Origin: Candidatus Thorarchaeota archaeon | GTDB taxonomy: Archaea; Asgardarchaeota; Thorarchaeia; Thorarchaeales; Thorarchaeaceae | Reading direction: 5' to 3' | DNA: 64,000 nucleotides | NCBI GenBank assembly: GCA_048882325.1 | Contig: JBHLRS010000009.1 | Location: 40,901 to 104,900 of the forward strand | In this document: positions 39,921 through 50,606 of the stretch, piece by piece | Layout: each line of letters begins with the position of its first letter | How positions within the stretch are numbered: the stretch's first letter is position 1 | The notes under the pieces: generated by a model | What the model was told of the DNA's origin: nothing | Databases searched by the model: none | The model's input: the letters and a program-made list of their open reading frames with translations, nothing else | Position numbers and translations under genes: made by a program

Positions 39921-41813
39921 TTGGCAAAGCCCAAGGAACTTCTTGAGGACAAACCTGGGAAGGAGATTCTTCTTCTTGCCAATGAAGCAATTGCTCGAGG
40001 TGTATTGGAAGCAGGTGTCAGACTAGTGGCACTATATCCTGGAACACCAAGTAGCGAGATTGGAAACAATCTGACACTCATGGCTCCACATATCCAGAAC
40101 TTCTACTTCGAATTTAGCACCAACGAAAAGGTTGCCTTGGAAGTGGCTGGCGCTGCCGCGGTTGCGGGTGTGAGATCCATGATGGTCTGCAAAGGTCCAG
40201 GTCTCAATGTCGCAGCTGACCCATTTTTCTCACTGGCATATGTTGGGGTCCGAGGAGGAATGGTGATTGTCGTTGCCGATGACCCAAGCATGTGGAGCTC
40301 ACAGAATGAGAACGATAGTCGATATTATGCGCTGATGGGAAATATGCCAATGATGGAACCAGCTGATCCTATTGAAGCAAAATCTATGTTACTTGAGGCT
40401 TACAAATTCTCTGAGAAGCTAGAACTTCCGGTTCTCTTTCGAACCACAACAAGAGTGAATCACACACGAGCTCCAGTGAAATTTGGCAAAATCCTCTCAC
40501 GCCCTGATAAGATTGAGTTCGAAAAGGAACCGTTCCGTTTTGTGCCAGTTCCATCTGTTGCACGCAAACGACATCCCTGGCTTTTGGGACAGATTGAGAA
40601 AGCACGTGAGCTCTCTGAGAAAAGTGCTCTGAACTTTACTGAAGGTAAGGGTGATCTTGGTATAATCACATCTGGTGTTTCCTACAATTATGTGGTCGAG
40701 GCTTTATCGACGATGGAAATCGAAGCAGAAGTCCTGAAGCTTGGAATCACCCATCCAATCCCTGAGAAGATGATGACAGAATTCCTACGCCGCCACAAGC
40801 AGGTCATGGCTGTGGAAGAGCTCGAACCAGTCCTTGAAACACACGCAAGACGCTTGGCTCATCTGAATAAACTCAATGTAGAAATTCTTGGAAAAGAACA
40901 AGGCATTTTCTCACGCACTTACGAATATAGCCCTAGGATTGTCATGGATGCTTTGAAGAAGGTTACTACACGTAATACACCTATTAACTGGGAAGAAATC
41001 GACCAGAAGACAGGTGAACTACCAGAACTACCTCCTAGACCACCACTTCTTTGTGCAGGCTGTCCTCACAGAGCAACCTATTATGCAATCCGCACAGCGA
41101 CTAGAGGAAAAGCAATCTATCCTTCTGACATTGGTTGCTATACTCTGAGTATTGCGCCTCCACTGGAAACAGCCGACATTCTCTTTGACATGGGATCCTC
41201 AATAACTACGGCATGCGGTCTTGCTGAAGTTACAGAACAGGATGTTGTAGCCACAATTGGTGATAGTACATTCTTTGCCTCAGGTCTTCCAGGTATTGCA
41301 AATGCAGTCTATAACCAGCATCGAATCTGCATAGTGATACTTGACAATCGAACCACAGCAATGACTGGTCACCAACCGCATCCAGGTACCGGGATTACAG
41401 GTATGCAGAAAGAGGTTCCACCCTTAGACATTGCGGAAGCATGCAAAGGTCTAGGTGTGAAATATGTCAAGACTGTTGAACCGTTTGAATCAATGGCAGG
41501 TCTCGTTGCTGAAGTTCGTGAGATGGTCAAATGGGTAAGAGAAAACCATAGTCCTGCAGTACTAGTTTCAATAGAACCATGTGCACTTCTTACTGCCGCG
41601 GATCGTCGACGAGCTGGGGAATTCCCACCCAAGTACTATGTCGACTCAGAGATTTGCAATGCATGCAAACGTTGTCTCAATCGTTTATCTTGTCCTGCCA
41701 TGTACATGGATCCAGAAACAGAACAGGCTGTGATTGATGAAACTCTGTGCAATCTCTGTGGAACCTGTGTTTCAGTTTGTCCACAGGGCGCAATAAAACA
41801 GGAGGATAAATGA
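39921..41813 (+). CDS. iorA: Indolepyruvate:ferredoxin oxidoreductase alpha subunit
   Basis: YPGTPSSEI, NEKVALE, LCAGCPHR, DIGCY, C-terminal 2x[4Fe-4S] motifs. Confidence 0.95.
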   Translation: MAKPKELLEDKPGKEILLLANEAIARGVLEAGVRLVALYPGTPSSEIGNNLTLMAPHIQNFYFEFSTNEKVALEVAGAAAVAGVRSMMVCKGPGLNVAADPFFSLAYVGVRGGMVIVVADDPSMWSSQNENDSRYYALMGNMPMMEPADPIEAKSMLLEAYKFSEKLELPVLFRTTTRVNHTRAPVKFGKILSRPDKIEFEKEPFRFVPVPSVARKRHPWLLGQIEKARELSEKSALNFTEGKGDLGIITSGVSYNYVVEALSTMEIEAEVLKLGITHPIPEKMMTEFLRRHKQVMAVEELEPVLETHARRLAHLNKLNVEILGKEQGIFSRTYEYSPRIVMDALKKVTTRNTPINWEEIDQKTGELPELPPRPPLLCAGCPHRATYYAIRTATRGKAIYPSDIGCYTLSIAPPLETADILFDMGSSITTACGLAEVTEQDVVATIGDSTFFASGLPGIANAVYNQHRICIVILDNRTTAMTGHQPHPGTGITGMQKEVPPLDIAEACKGLGVKYVKTVEPFESMAGLVAEVREMVKWVRENHSPAVLVSIEPCALLTAADRRRAGEFPPKYYVDSEICNACKRCLNRLSCPAMYMDPETEQAVIDETLCNLCGTCVSVCPQGAIKQEDK

Positions 41814-41814
41814 G

Positions 41815-42429
41815 ATGTCCGGTAATAATGGTAATACAATTAATATTGCGATTACTGGTGTGGGAGGCCAAGGGGTTCTGACTCTTGCTGAGATTCTAGC
41901 CAAAGCGGCACTACAGTGTGGGCTCAACGTTCGTGTTGGAGAGATTCATGGGATGGCTCAAAGAGGTGGCCATGTTGTCTGTACAGTTCGTGTGGGCAAG
42001 AACGCAAGAGGACCCATTGTAGATCCAGGTTCTGCACATCTTCTAGTTGGTTTCGAACCTGTAGAAACTCTCAGGGAGATTCAGCTAGTGAAACAAGGCG
42101 GCTGTGTTTTGATGAGTTCCCACGTCCAACATCCAGTTGCGGTTTCAATGGGACAGGCTGAGTATCCTGATCATGATGAAATAATCACGAACATGAACAA
42201 GTACACTGACAGGATTATCGAGTTTGATGCTATGGAGCTTGCAGTGAAAGCAGGCAGTACACGTGCACTTAACATGGTCATGCTAGGAGCTATCGTTGGT
42301 ACTGGTCTTGTACCAATCACAGAAAAAGCCGCAATGGATGTTGTTCGTGAGGCATTTCCAAAAAAGTTTGAGAAAATCAATACTACAGCAACTAAATTAG
42401 GCTTCGAACAGGCAAAATCGTGTAGCTAA
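41815..42429 (+). CDS. iorB: Indolepyruvate:ferredoxin oxidoreductase beta subunit
   Basis: GVGGQGVLT, EIHGMAQRGG. Confidence 0.93.
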   Translation: MSGNNGNTINIAITGVGGQGVLTLAEILAKAALQCGLNVRVGEIHGMAQRGGHVVCTVRVGKNARGPIVDPGSAHLLVGFEPVETLREIQLVKQGGCVLMSSHVQHPVAVSMGQAEYPDHDEIITNMNKYTDRIIEFDAMELAVKAGSTRALNMVMLGAIVGTGLVPITEKAAMDVVREAFPKKFEKINTTATKLGFEQAKSCS

Positions 42430-42443
42430 TACAAGTATTACAA

Positions 42444-43689
42444 CTACCAGTCAATCAGATTCCCTGCAGCAACTGCAACCTGACCAATAGAAATCCCTCC
42501 ATCACCTAGAGGAACATCTCTGTGGATAAGGGGTATGAGATCATCTCTACTGACGTGATTTACCACAGCTCGTGTGATGATTCTGTTAAGTGCAACACCA
42601 CCAGAGAAACCAACATGCTGAACCTGATTCTCTTTAGCCACCTTACACGCAATATATGCCAAAGCTTCTCCCAAGTACCACTGTGCAGCATAGGCTATCT
42701 CATGTTCGCTAACACATTGTTCCTTTAACTCATGGACCTGCATCAAACCATGTGAGGTATCCAAGTTCAGTCCATCCCTTGATTTTATGAATCTAGGCTT
42801 GATCTGTTTCTTAGTAGGTTTCGCAAAAGCCTCGAGCTTCATAGGACATTCTCTATCATAGGAATTCATTGAACTTATTCCGAGAACTATAGCTACAGCA
42901 TCAAGGAACCTTCCAGCGCTTGTACTGTTCATCACACCAATCTGACGATTGATTGAATCAATTAGAATACTCAATATGTCAGATGTAATTCGGGTATCAG
43001 GCGCGATAGGCACTGATTCAATAACTCTGAGGAGGAGGTCATTTCTCTCTAGTGAGTTACCCAAATAGCTATTCAGAATCCCAATCGCAGACCTGGCAGC
43101 AAAAACAGCAGAGAGATCTCCACTTGGATAATCTACACCTTTAAGACCGCCAACTTTCTTGAAGTCTCTTAGACCACCAATCAATACTTCTTCTCCCCAT
43201 CCGTTACTGTCCATGCCAAACCCATACTCGTCAACTGTAATACAAACAATACTTGTATCACATAGCAATTTGCGGTCCACATGCTGCACATGAGGTGAAT
43301 GGGTAACGATACCATCGTGACTTTGAGTCTGTTAAGTCATGAATACAATAAACACACATTGCAATGTCTGACTGTAAAACAGGAATCGCTCCCTCTGTTC
43401 TCTTGTCCGAAGACATCTGTATCTCGAAGAATGTGAAGGAATCCGTGACATCTGTCCAATCAACGGTCAATGAATCAATGCGCGATATTGATGGAGGATT
43501 GTTCTTTATACTTTCAATCAGATCATTGATTCCTGTTTCTTCTCCTTCTGCTACAATCTTTACTCCTGCATCATCCAAGTTGAGAACAAATCCAGTGAGT
43601 GAGAACGAATCAGCAACATTGTAGACAAATGGTCTAAATCCAACTCCTTGGACTATCCCTGCTACATGAATCTCAGCTCTTTTCCTCAC
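42444..43689 (-). pseudogene. hypF: Degraded hydrogenase maturation carbamoyltransferase HypF
   Basis: GIVQGVGFRPFVY and RYPFTSCAACGP, then a stop/frame change near 43258 and a large internal deletion; SAGRFLDA and GDGGISIGQ in the second frame. Confidence 0.8.
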
Positions 43690-43840
43690 TGGCCATGACA
43701 CCTTTGATTTTTCCGTGATCATTTCCGATATTAATTCGTTGAAGTGGCTGAACCTATCCTGTATTACAAGAAATACCAGTACCATGCCTGCTCTTTGTAG
43801 GTCCTCTTAAGGTCCATGTAGGAAAAAGGTTTGAGCTGCT

Positions 43841-44257
43841 TTGACGACTCATAGTACACGTACCCGGTCCTTGGTTAGAGAACCTGAAGTCACTCCTTCA
43901 ATACTAGCTTCAATACCAGAATGTCTTAGAGATGCTCTGAAAGAAGCAATCAGTACAAGAGGGAAAGGAAGGAAATCGGTCTTGATTTCAAGCAACAGTC
44001 TCACTAACAGGTTCATCTTCTCCAGATGGGGCATACGTCCGTCTCAACGAAGGAGATACAAGAATCTCTTTGCATCAGTGAGAAAACAGAGTCGAGTTGT
44101 GTTTCAGCATTTTCTTCTTAGAGGTCGAATTGAATGGACTGATGGTTCAGAGAAACACATCTTTGGAGTCTACAAATTCGATGAGATACGAGGAAATCTC
44201 ATTCTTGGGTTCGTGGTAATGACACCAGAGTCAGAATGGACCCTTTCTAAGCGATGA
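43841..44257 (+). CDS. Hypothetical basic protein
   Basis: 138-aa ORF, Arg/Lys-rich, no recognised family. Confidence 0.55.
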   Translation: MTTHSTRTRSLVREPEVTPSILASIPECLRDALKEAISTRGKGRKSVLISSNSLTNRFIFSRWGIRPSQRRRYKNLFASVRKQSRVVFQHFLLRGRIEWTDGSEKHIFGVYKFDEIRGNLILGFVVMTPESEWTLSKR

Positions 44258-44453
44258 TCCATACCAAACTGAAAGCTACATAAGCCTCCACTACTCTCGT
44301 CTGTATACAAAACTGTATCCACCCATTGATACTTCTTGGGAGTATTAGAAAAAGGCGTTATAACGCTTTATTTTCGATTTAAACGATGAATAGGACTGAT
44401 ACAGAGAATGGTCAAACACACACAGAAACCACAATTGAAAATGGTGAATTGAC

Positions 44454-45002
44454 TTGGGACCTGAGAACACTAAACAAGTTGGAGAAAAAACACGTATGAA
44501 ACAGTTGACATCTGGAGCTCGACAGGTACTGAAAGAACCAATTCTGAAGAAGCTCCAAGAAGGTTCAGTACTGAGCGAGGCACAGATAGAAACATTGCTC
44601 ATTGATTTAGTGGTAGAGGATGGATATGGGGTCCATATCACATATGAGGACAAAGCCGCATATCGGTCAAGACAAGGGAGTAGATCTCGAGGTGTTTCAA
44701 GAGGAGCATTCAATAGAACTCTGAAACAAGCCAGACGAAATCTGTCTCGTTGTCTTTACACTATGTTACTTCTCGCATACTTGGGTCTCTTTGAACTCAC
44801 AATATTCCGACCATTCGAAGAGGTTGCAGCTCGGATAGGTGACTATCGAAGAATCCGTGACATTCTTGCTGGAAAGACTGAGTTGACTACAGAAGAACTG
44901 GAGAGTGTCAGAACGACTGAACGAATTATCATGTCAGCACTAGATGAATTATCATCCTCACTTGCACTGAAATCTGAGATATCAAAGAAGAAGTCGGACT
45001 GA
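44454..45002 (+). CDS. Hypothetical HTH-like DNA-binding protein
   Basis: LSEAQIETL...VSRGAFNRTLKQARRN resembles a sigma-4/Tfx-type HTH. Confidence 0.6.
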   Translation: MGPENTKQVGEKTRMKQLTSGARQVLKEPILKKLQEGSVLSEAQIETLLIDLVVEDGYGVHITYEDKAAYRSRQGSRSRGVSRGAFNRTLKQARRNLSRCLYTMLLLAYLGLFELTIFRPFEEVAARIGDYRRIRDILAGKTELTTEELESVRTTERIIMSALDELSSSLALKSEISKKKSD

Positions 45003-45020
45003 TCGGATAAAGAAAAGAAA

Positions 45021-45196
45021 ATGGCTCGAGCGTGTCGCACCGGAAGGATTCCGACGCAATTTGAGCACAGTCGTTCTCCAGCACTCAAGCAACCATTAGG
45101 TCATCCTGGAGGTTTGTTTGAGGAGATAGAGATGACAATGACGAGCGCCTGAAACGTCGGAGAGATGTGTCCAGTCGACGTCGGCCTTCTTGCCAT
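45021..45196. ncRNA. Candidate structured RNA (long irregular hairpin, about 175 nt)
   Basis: ATGGC/GCCAT ends, TCCGACG/CGTCGGA and CTCCAG/CTGGAG stems; adjacent poly-T on the minus strand. Confidence 0.35.
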
Positions 45197-45395
45197 TGTA
45201 CGACACACTCATATTTTACATGGTAACAATGATACATAGTTCTAATCTTAGAACGAACTTTTTACCAGATTTTTCTTCGAAATTTGGCGCGTTTGATACA
45301 TGTAATACAACGAATACAATTCTCAATATCCCACGAAACCTTAACCGTAATCACATATGCACTAACACAATATACAGCTACAGAAGTGATTTTAC

Positions 45396-46649
45396 TTGAC
45401 TGACGAGAATACCCGCGATAGGATTTTCAGAGCAGTCAAGGAACGCATCAAGGAAACCGATGAGCAAGACAGAATACAGATGATAACCAACGCAATTGGG
45501 GATCGACGATATAGAGACCTTGTTGACATCGTTGCAAGGATTGAGGGTGAAAGTGACTGGCCCACAGCACTTGAGTATCTGATGAAGGCACAAGATAAGA
45601 AGTATTCCTCACCTATGACTATTGGTCAAGACAAGACAAGTTTGGAAGCGCTGAAATATAGGGAGATGATATTCGAGCTGCTATCCTGTCGCGGATTAGA
45701 GCCTGTCCCAATATCAATGACCAATCTTCTCACAAGCTTGAAAAACGAACCTTCACTTGTTGCTGCATCACGAGTTCTTTTGACCAAGCTAGAAGAAATG
45801 ACTATAAAGCAGATTGAAGCTGGCGATACCCTGTTCTTTGATTTCTCTGAGAACGTATCTATTTCTCAAGAAGTTGTAAACCTACTAGATCAAACTAGAA
45901 AAGAGAACATCCAAAACATCTCCATAAATCAAAACGGAAATCTATTCAATGTGGCTCCTCTCTGGCACAGTGAGTATGGTCGGCTTGCCATGTCTAATCT
46001 GGGGATTAAGGGGAATATTGTGGATTCCGACACATTCGATAGTGTATTATCAGTATTACAAGTATCCTCTATCATCAAAACAAGAACCGTGAACGTTCCT
46101 CTGCCTAGGAACATGAATGAGGATTCGTGGACTCGTCCCACAAACCAATCCTATAGAAAACTTCACTCTCATCTGATACATCATGAAGTGAACGACCTGA
46201 AGCTCTCGGCAAGCCGACACTCGATACCACTACTCAATGCACTTCTCAACGAAGCACTATCCACTTACGATAATGAATCATCCACTAACAAGTATAGGAA
46301 CATACTCGATTATATCAATGCACACATCTCGGTTCGTGACATAGAATCCCTACTTGCTTTGGAGAAAGCATCACGAATGAAGAACGTACGTATCGCAACT
46401 GCAGCAATCCTAGCTATTGGCAATTTTTATAATGAATCATCAGTCGCAACGCTGTTGAACCTCTTTTGTGCTGGAAGAGATGATGCGATAATTCAATCAA
46501 CTTCAAAAGCTATTGAGAATGTGTACAAGAAATGTCCAGAAGCAGATCATGCAATTTCCATTTCAGTGGATTCTGAATGCAGAAACCGTGGTACACTAAA
46601 GAAACTCTACAGACGTCTTAGCAAGGAAAAACCAGTGTATTACCGGTAG
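45396..46649 (+). CDS. Hypothetical alpha-helical protein with HEAT-like C-terminus
   Basis: 417-aa ORF; IATAAILAIGNF HEAT-like segment. Confidence 0.6.
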   Translation: MTDENTRDRIFRAVKERIKETDEQDRIQMITNAIGDRRYRDLVDIVARIEGESDWPTALEYLMKAQDKKYSSPMTIGQDKTSLEALKYREMIFELLSCRGLEPVPISMTNLLTSLKNEPSLVAASRVLLTKLEEMTIKQIEAGDTLFFDFSENVSISQEVVNLLDQTRKENIQNISINQNGNLFNVAPLWHSEYGRLAMSNLGIKGNIVDSDTFDSVLSVLQVSSIIKTRTVNVPLPRNMNEDSWTRPTNQSYRKLHSHLIHHEVNDLKLSASRHSIPLLNALLNEALSTYDNESSTNKYRNILDYINAHISVRDIESLLALEKASRMKNVRIATAAILAIGNFYNESSVATLLNLFCAGRDDAIIQSTSKAIENVYKKCPEADHAISISVDSECRNRGTLKKLYRRLSKEKPVYYR

Positions 46650-46708
46650 TACATAGAATACTGACCCTGACGACAGACATAAATCACACTCACTTCTGGC
46701 GTGAACCC

Positions 46709-48094
46709 ATGAAGAGTTCTGAGACCAAGCTAATCAAGAGCATGGATTCTTTCTTCAACCCAAAACGTGTTGCTCTTGTTGGTGCGTCTACAGACTACAG
46801 AAAACTTGGCAATTCAATACTGATGAATCTGCTAGCATCTGAGATAGAAGTGTATCCAGTAACTCGGAGTAGAGACCGTGTACTCGGAGTACAAGCTTAC
46901 AAAAGTCTCGCTGATCTACCAGAACCTGTTGATTTAGTCATCGTGGCTGTCGCTGCAAAGTACTGTTCTTCACTTATGCCTGAAATTAGAAAAGCCGGAG
47001 CAAGAAACGCAGTAGTGATTTCTGGTGGATTCAGTGAGGCTGGTCCCGATGGAGCTGAATTAGAACAAAGTCTTGTGAAGTCCGCCCAAGATGCAGGAGT
47101 ACGAATAATCGGCCCTAACTGTGTAGGCGTTTCCAACACCCGCTTGTTCAATGGCACATTTACGATGATGCCAGAACGAGGTAATATTGCATTTGTTTCC
47201 CAAAGTGGTGCTCTTGGTGGGATGCTTATTTACACAACTAGCGCTAAGAGGATTGGGATGAGTAAATTTGCTAGTATAGGTAATTCTGCAGACGTCGGTT
47301 TTGTTGAAATTCTTGACTATTTTAGAGAGGACCCAAAATCATCAGTCATTGCAGCCTATGTTGAAGGTGTTGATGAGGGCCGGGCACTGTTCCAGTCTTT
47401 ACATAATGCAGCGAAAGTGAAACCTGTGGTTTTATTGAAAGGTGGAAGGAGTGAGGCTGGTGGTCGTGCCGCATTATCACACACTGGATCTCTAGCTGGA
47501 TCTACGAAGATGTTTGAAGGAATGATACGGCAAGCTGGGTGTGTTAATGCCCCGACTTTAGATACCCTCTTTGAAATCTGTAAGCTTTTTGATTATCAAC
47601 CGCTACCAAAGGGGAACCGCATTGGTATTATTAGTAATACAGGTGGAGCAGGAGTTCTTGCTACCGATGCAGCAGCTGAGCTTGGCCTTGAAATTACAAC
47701 TCTCTCAAATAACACAAAAGAAGAACTTCGCCAAGTATTACCTCCAATGGCCTCAACCAACAATCCAATTGATATTGTCGCAAGTGGCGGTAGGAGAGAA
47801 TACAGAATAGCAACCGAACTCCTGTTAAGAGACACCAATGTTGACGTACTCCTCGTCATTTGTGCAGTTCCAACATTTGCAGGAATGACACAGACTGAAC
47901 ACGCAGCAGGAACTCTGGAAGGTGTTCGATCTGCCTCGATGAACAAACCAGTTGTAGGTGTTTGGCTAGCTGGAGATGTAGGTAAACCAGGAAAGGATCT
48001 TCTTGAAATGAATCGAATACCATGCTACGACGACCCAGCTGAAGCGGCACTTTGTATATCACGAGTAGTTGAGTATTCTGAAATGCATCGTTAG
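46709..48094 (+). CDS. acdA: ADP-forming acetate/acyl-CoA ligase alpha subunit
   Basis: IIGPNCVG, SQSGA, SHTGSLAG, NPID. Confidence 0.9.
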   Translation: MKSSETKLIKSMDSFFNPKRVALVGASTDYRKLGNSILMNLLASEIEVYPVTRSRDRVLGVQAYKSLADLPEPVDLVIVAVAAKYCSSLMPEIRKAGARNAVVISGGFSEAGPDGAELEQSLVKSAQDAGVRIIGPNCVGVSNTRLFNGTFTMMPERGNIAFVSQSGALGGMLIYTTSAKRIGMSKFASIGNSADVGFVEILDYFREDPKSSVIAAYVEGVDEGRALFQSLHNAAKVKPVVLLKGGRSEAGGRAALSHTGSLAGSTKMFEGMIRQAGCVNAPTLDTLFEICKLFDYQPLPKGNRIGIISNTGGAGVLATDAAAELGLEITTLSNNTKEELRQVLPPMASTNNPIDIVASGGRREYRIATELLLRDTNVDVLLVICAVPTFAGMTQTEHAAGTLEGVRSASMNKPVVGVWLAGDVGKPGKDLLEMNRIPCYDDPAEAALCISRVVEYSEMHR

Positions 48095-48148
48095 GCTAAT
48101 ACTATCTATACTCACTTGTATCCTAATACCAGTATTACAAGTGATAAT

Positions 48149-48451
48149 CTACTGCGATTCAAGATATTCCTCTGCGATTTGCGGAAATTCTTGTGCAACT
48201 GCTTCACGAAGCTGCTTTTCTACCCACATACTCAGGTTGATTGCCTTTGACTTTCTGATGGCTTTCAGGCAAGCTCTGAGGTCGGTTGGAATTGAGAAAG
48301 AAACGATTGGGCTCTTACGTTCCTTGTTTGGAACAGATATCAGCTCACTGTGTCTTTCTATTGGAACAGTTTCCCTAGTTGTCATCCGAGTCGGTTTATC
48401 CTCTCCGTCTTCTTTTTCCGCTTCTTTTCTATACTTTCCAAGTAGACTCAT
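48149..48451 (-). CDS. Ribbon-helix-helix DNA-binding protein with charged N-terminal tail
   Basis: PIVSFSIPTDLRACLKAI...INLSMWVEKQLREA; GGAGG upstream of ATG 48451; abuts the ATPase gene. Confidence 0.65.
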   Translation of the reverse strand: MSLLGKYRKEAEKEDGEDKPTRMTTRETVPIERHSELISVPNKERKSPIVSFSIPTDLRACLKAIRKSKAINLSMWVEKQLREAVAQEFPQIAEEYLESQ

Positions 48452-48452
48452 G

Positions 48453-49427
48453 TCATTGTACCTCCTTGAGTAGCGTTGCGTATGCTTCCGAAACAAGTTC
48501 AGCAATGTCCTTGGTCACTTCTGGACTTCCAGCGTTTCTAAAATTCTCAGCTGCTACTTGTTGACATCCGCGGGCAAGCATTCTAATATCACGTGGATTT
48601 CCTTTTGCTGCGGTATTGATTACCCTCACCGCATCATCACTAAAGGGGTATATTTCAAAGTCATTAGGATTGAATCCATCAATCCGGCCTTGTGCATATG
48701 CAATCCGACGTCCTATGAATTCCCTTGCCTTCGCGTCATTAAGTGGTGGAACATCGAGTGGCTCAGTACGATCTGCAATCTGCGGCAGAAATGAAAGCAT
48801 TGCATTCCAGTATATCAGAGTTCCAGACATGACCAAGGTAAAAATCGGTTCATCAAGAGCTCCCGAATATGCATCAATCATTTCCTCAGTCGGTAGGTCC
48901 GCAAGGAATCTCAACTTGTGAAAAGCTGCTTCTTGATTGTCAGCAACATCTTCAATGAACAGTGCTGTTCGACTTTGTTCTTCAAGATATCTTCGAAGAC
49001 TTTCTTTCGCAACTGCATCAATAATCTGGCTAGACTCCCATGACCTTCTGTATTTTATTCTGAGGGAATCAGCAATTGCAGAAGCCATTTGTTTCTCATA
49101 GAGACCAGTCATTCCAACATAGCCAGTGATGAATTTGTTGCCCTTACGATCCGCCAACGTAGGCAAATCTCTTAGTGCCAACAGCATCAACGTGCTCTTG
49201 CCTGAGCCTACGGGTCCTCGAATGAAGACATGACGTTCATTCGTAATAATCAAGTCAACAATGGAATCCAAAAAGTCACTGTCCTCTATGTACAAGCGAC
49301 TGTCTGGCATCTTGAAGCCACGAAAAGGTGAGAATCTAGCACCAATCTTTTCTTCCCACGCCCGGAGAACTTCCTTACGTGTATTGAAGTGACGAATCAA
49401 TGCACTCTCATGAATTGCAATTGTCAT
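48453..49427 (-). CDS. AAA+ ATPase (ExeA/Cdc6-like clade)
   Basis: GPVGSGKST, LFIED, IADR, YPFSDDAV, KGNPRDI; GGAGG upstream of ATG 49427. Confidence 0.8.
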   Translation of the reverse strand: MTIAIHESALIRHFNTRKEVLRAWEEKIGARFSPFRGFKMPDSRLYIEDSDFLDSIVDLIITNERHVFIRGPVGSGKSTLMLLALRDLPTLADRKGNKFITGYVGMTGLYEKQMASAIADSLRIKYRRSWESSQIIDAVAKESLRRYLEEQSRTALFIEDVADNQEAAFHKLRFLADLPTEEMIDAYSGALDEPIFTLVMSGTLIYWNAMLSFLPQIADRTEPLDVPPLNDAKAREFIGRRIAYAQGRIDGFNPNDFEIYPFSDDAVRVINTAAKGNPRDIRMLARGCQQVAAENFRNAGSPEVTKDIAELVSEAYATLLKEVQ

Positions 49428-49596
49428 CTTGTGGACCTCCAAAGATGTGGTATCACAAGTACTTCTTGTAATACAATTTTGAAACTGTAGTTGAGGATAT
49501 AAAATGTATGGTAAATCTTGTCTATCAGACACAACCTTTTTGAAGAGAATGTACTGGCTGGAAGTTCAATCCACAGCTTTACAGGAGTCATTTAGT

Positions 49597-49875
49597 ATGG
49601 ATGTAGATCGAATCAAGCATATCATGAACTCTCTGATGATTCTCTCCTTTCTCATCTTTGGTGCTCTCTCAGGAATCATACTGATAACAGATGTCCGACT
49701 AACTGCTACATCCGTTTCTCTACCTTTTGCTTTCCTGTATCTTTCTCTAGCCACCTTCATAATCACAGCTCAAATCGAAGAGCGTCCGAAACTGATACAT
49801 AAATATCTCCGCGACTGGTTGGTAATCTGTCTAATCGGAATCATCATCAGTGCATTAGCCTTCACAATCTACTGA
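49597..49875 (+). CDS. Small membrane protein (3 TM)
   Basis: Three hydrophobic segments. Confidence 0.6.
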   Translation: MDVDRIKHIMNSLMILSFLIFGALSGIILITDVRLTATSVSLPFAFLYLSLATFIITAQIEERPKLIHKYLRDWLVICLIGIIISALAFTIY

Positions 49876-49942
49876 TACAGAACACAAGAGTTTAGAACTG
49901 CTATGATGTACACCACGCTACCCCTCTAACGAAGTGAAAACC

Positions 49943-50578
49943 ATGAGTAAGATTCTCCCTGGCACAAAGACCACTCGCATGGAACTACTCGCACTGAAGA
50001 ATAGAATGCGGCTAGCTGAGAGGGGGCATGATCTTCTGCGAGAGAAACGAGACTCACTCATTATGGAGTTCTTTAATGCTATTGCAGAAATAAAAGAAGC
50101 CAGAGAAAAAGTTGATGCTGCACTTAATGAAGCATTCTCAGCACTCACCCAAGCAAAGATGGTAATGGGCCCAGCAAGAGTAGTCGAGTTCGCATATGCA
50201 AGTAGATTCGAGGCAAATCTTAGTATCTCAACCAGATCAATGATGGGAGTTAGAGTGCCAGTCCTGTCAGTGGAGCAACACACCCCTGACCTTCCCTACT
50301 CACTCTCAGACTCAAGCGCAAAATTTGATGTCATGAGTGAGAAGTTCAAGGAAGCACTGAACGCCATTGTTCGTCTGGCTGAGATTGAGTCTACAGTGAA
50401 ACGTCTCGCACTTGAAATTGAGCGTACAAAGCGGCGAGTGTCTGCCTTAGAAACAGTGGTAATTCCTCGACTTGATGCAACTGCTCGTTTCGTAAAGCTA
50501 GCACTCGAAGAACGTGAACGTGAGGACTTTGTTAGACTGAAGATGGTCCGTGATTGGATTACTGCTGAAGAAGAATGA
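49943..50578 (+). CDS. atpD: A/V-type ATP synthase subunit D
   Basis: TRMELL, RGHDLLREKRD, EIERTKRRV.ALE..VIP, LEEREREDF.RLK. Confidence 0.95.
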   Translation: MSKILPGTKTTRMELLALKNRMRLAERGHDLLREKRDSLIMEFFNAIAEIKEAREKVDAALNEAFSALTQAKMVMGPARVVEFAYASRFEANLSISTRSMMGVRVPVLSVEQHTPDLPYSLSDSSAKFDVMSEKFKEALNAIVRLAEIESTVKRLALEIERTKRRVSALETVVIPRLDATARFVKLALEEREREDFVRLKMVRDWITAEEE

Positions 50579-50606
50579 CCGAACGTATTATTTGTAATAC
50601 AAATAA

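Larger units (their letters stand above)
39494..50601. promoter_or_regulatory. Dispersed palindromic TGTAWTACA sites (39494, 43236, 43760, 45301, 49467, 50593; also 62256, 63991)
   Basis: Read by eye; mostly intergenic; further GTAWTAC cores nearby. Confidence 0.6.
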
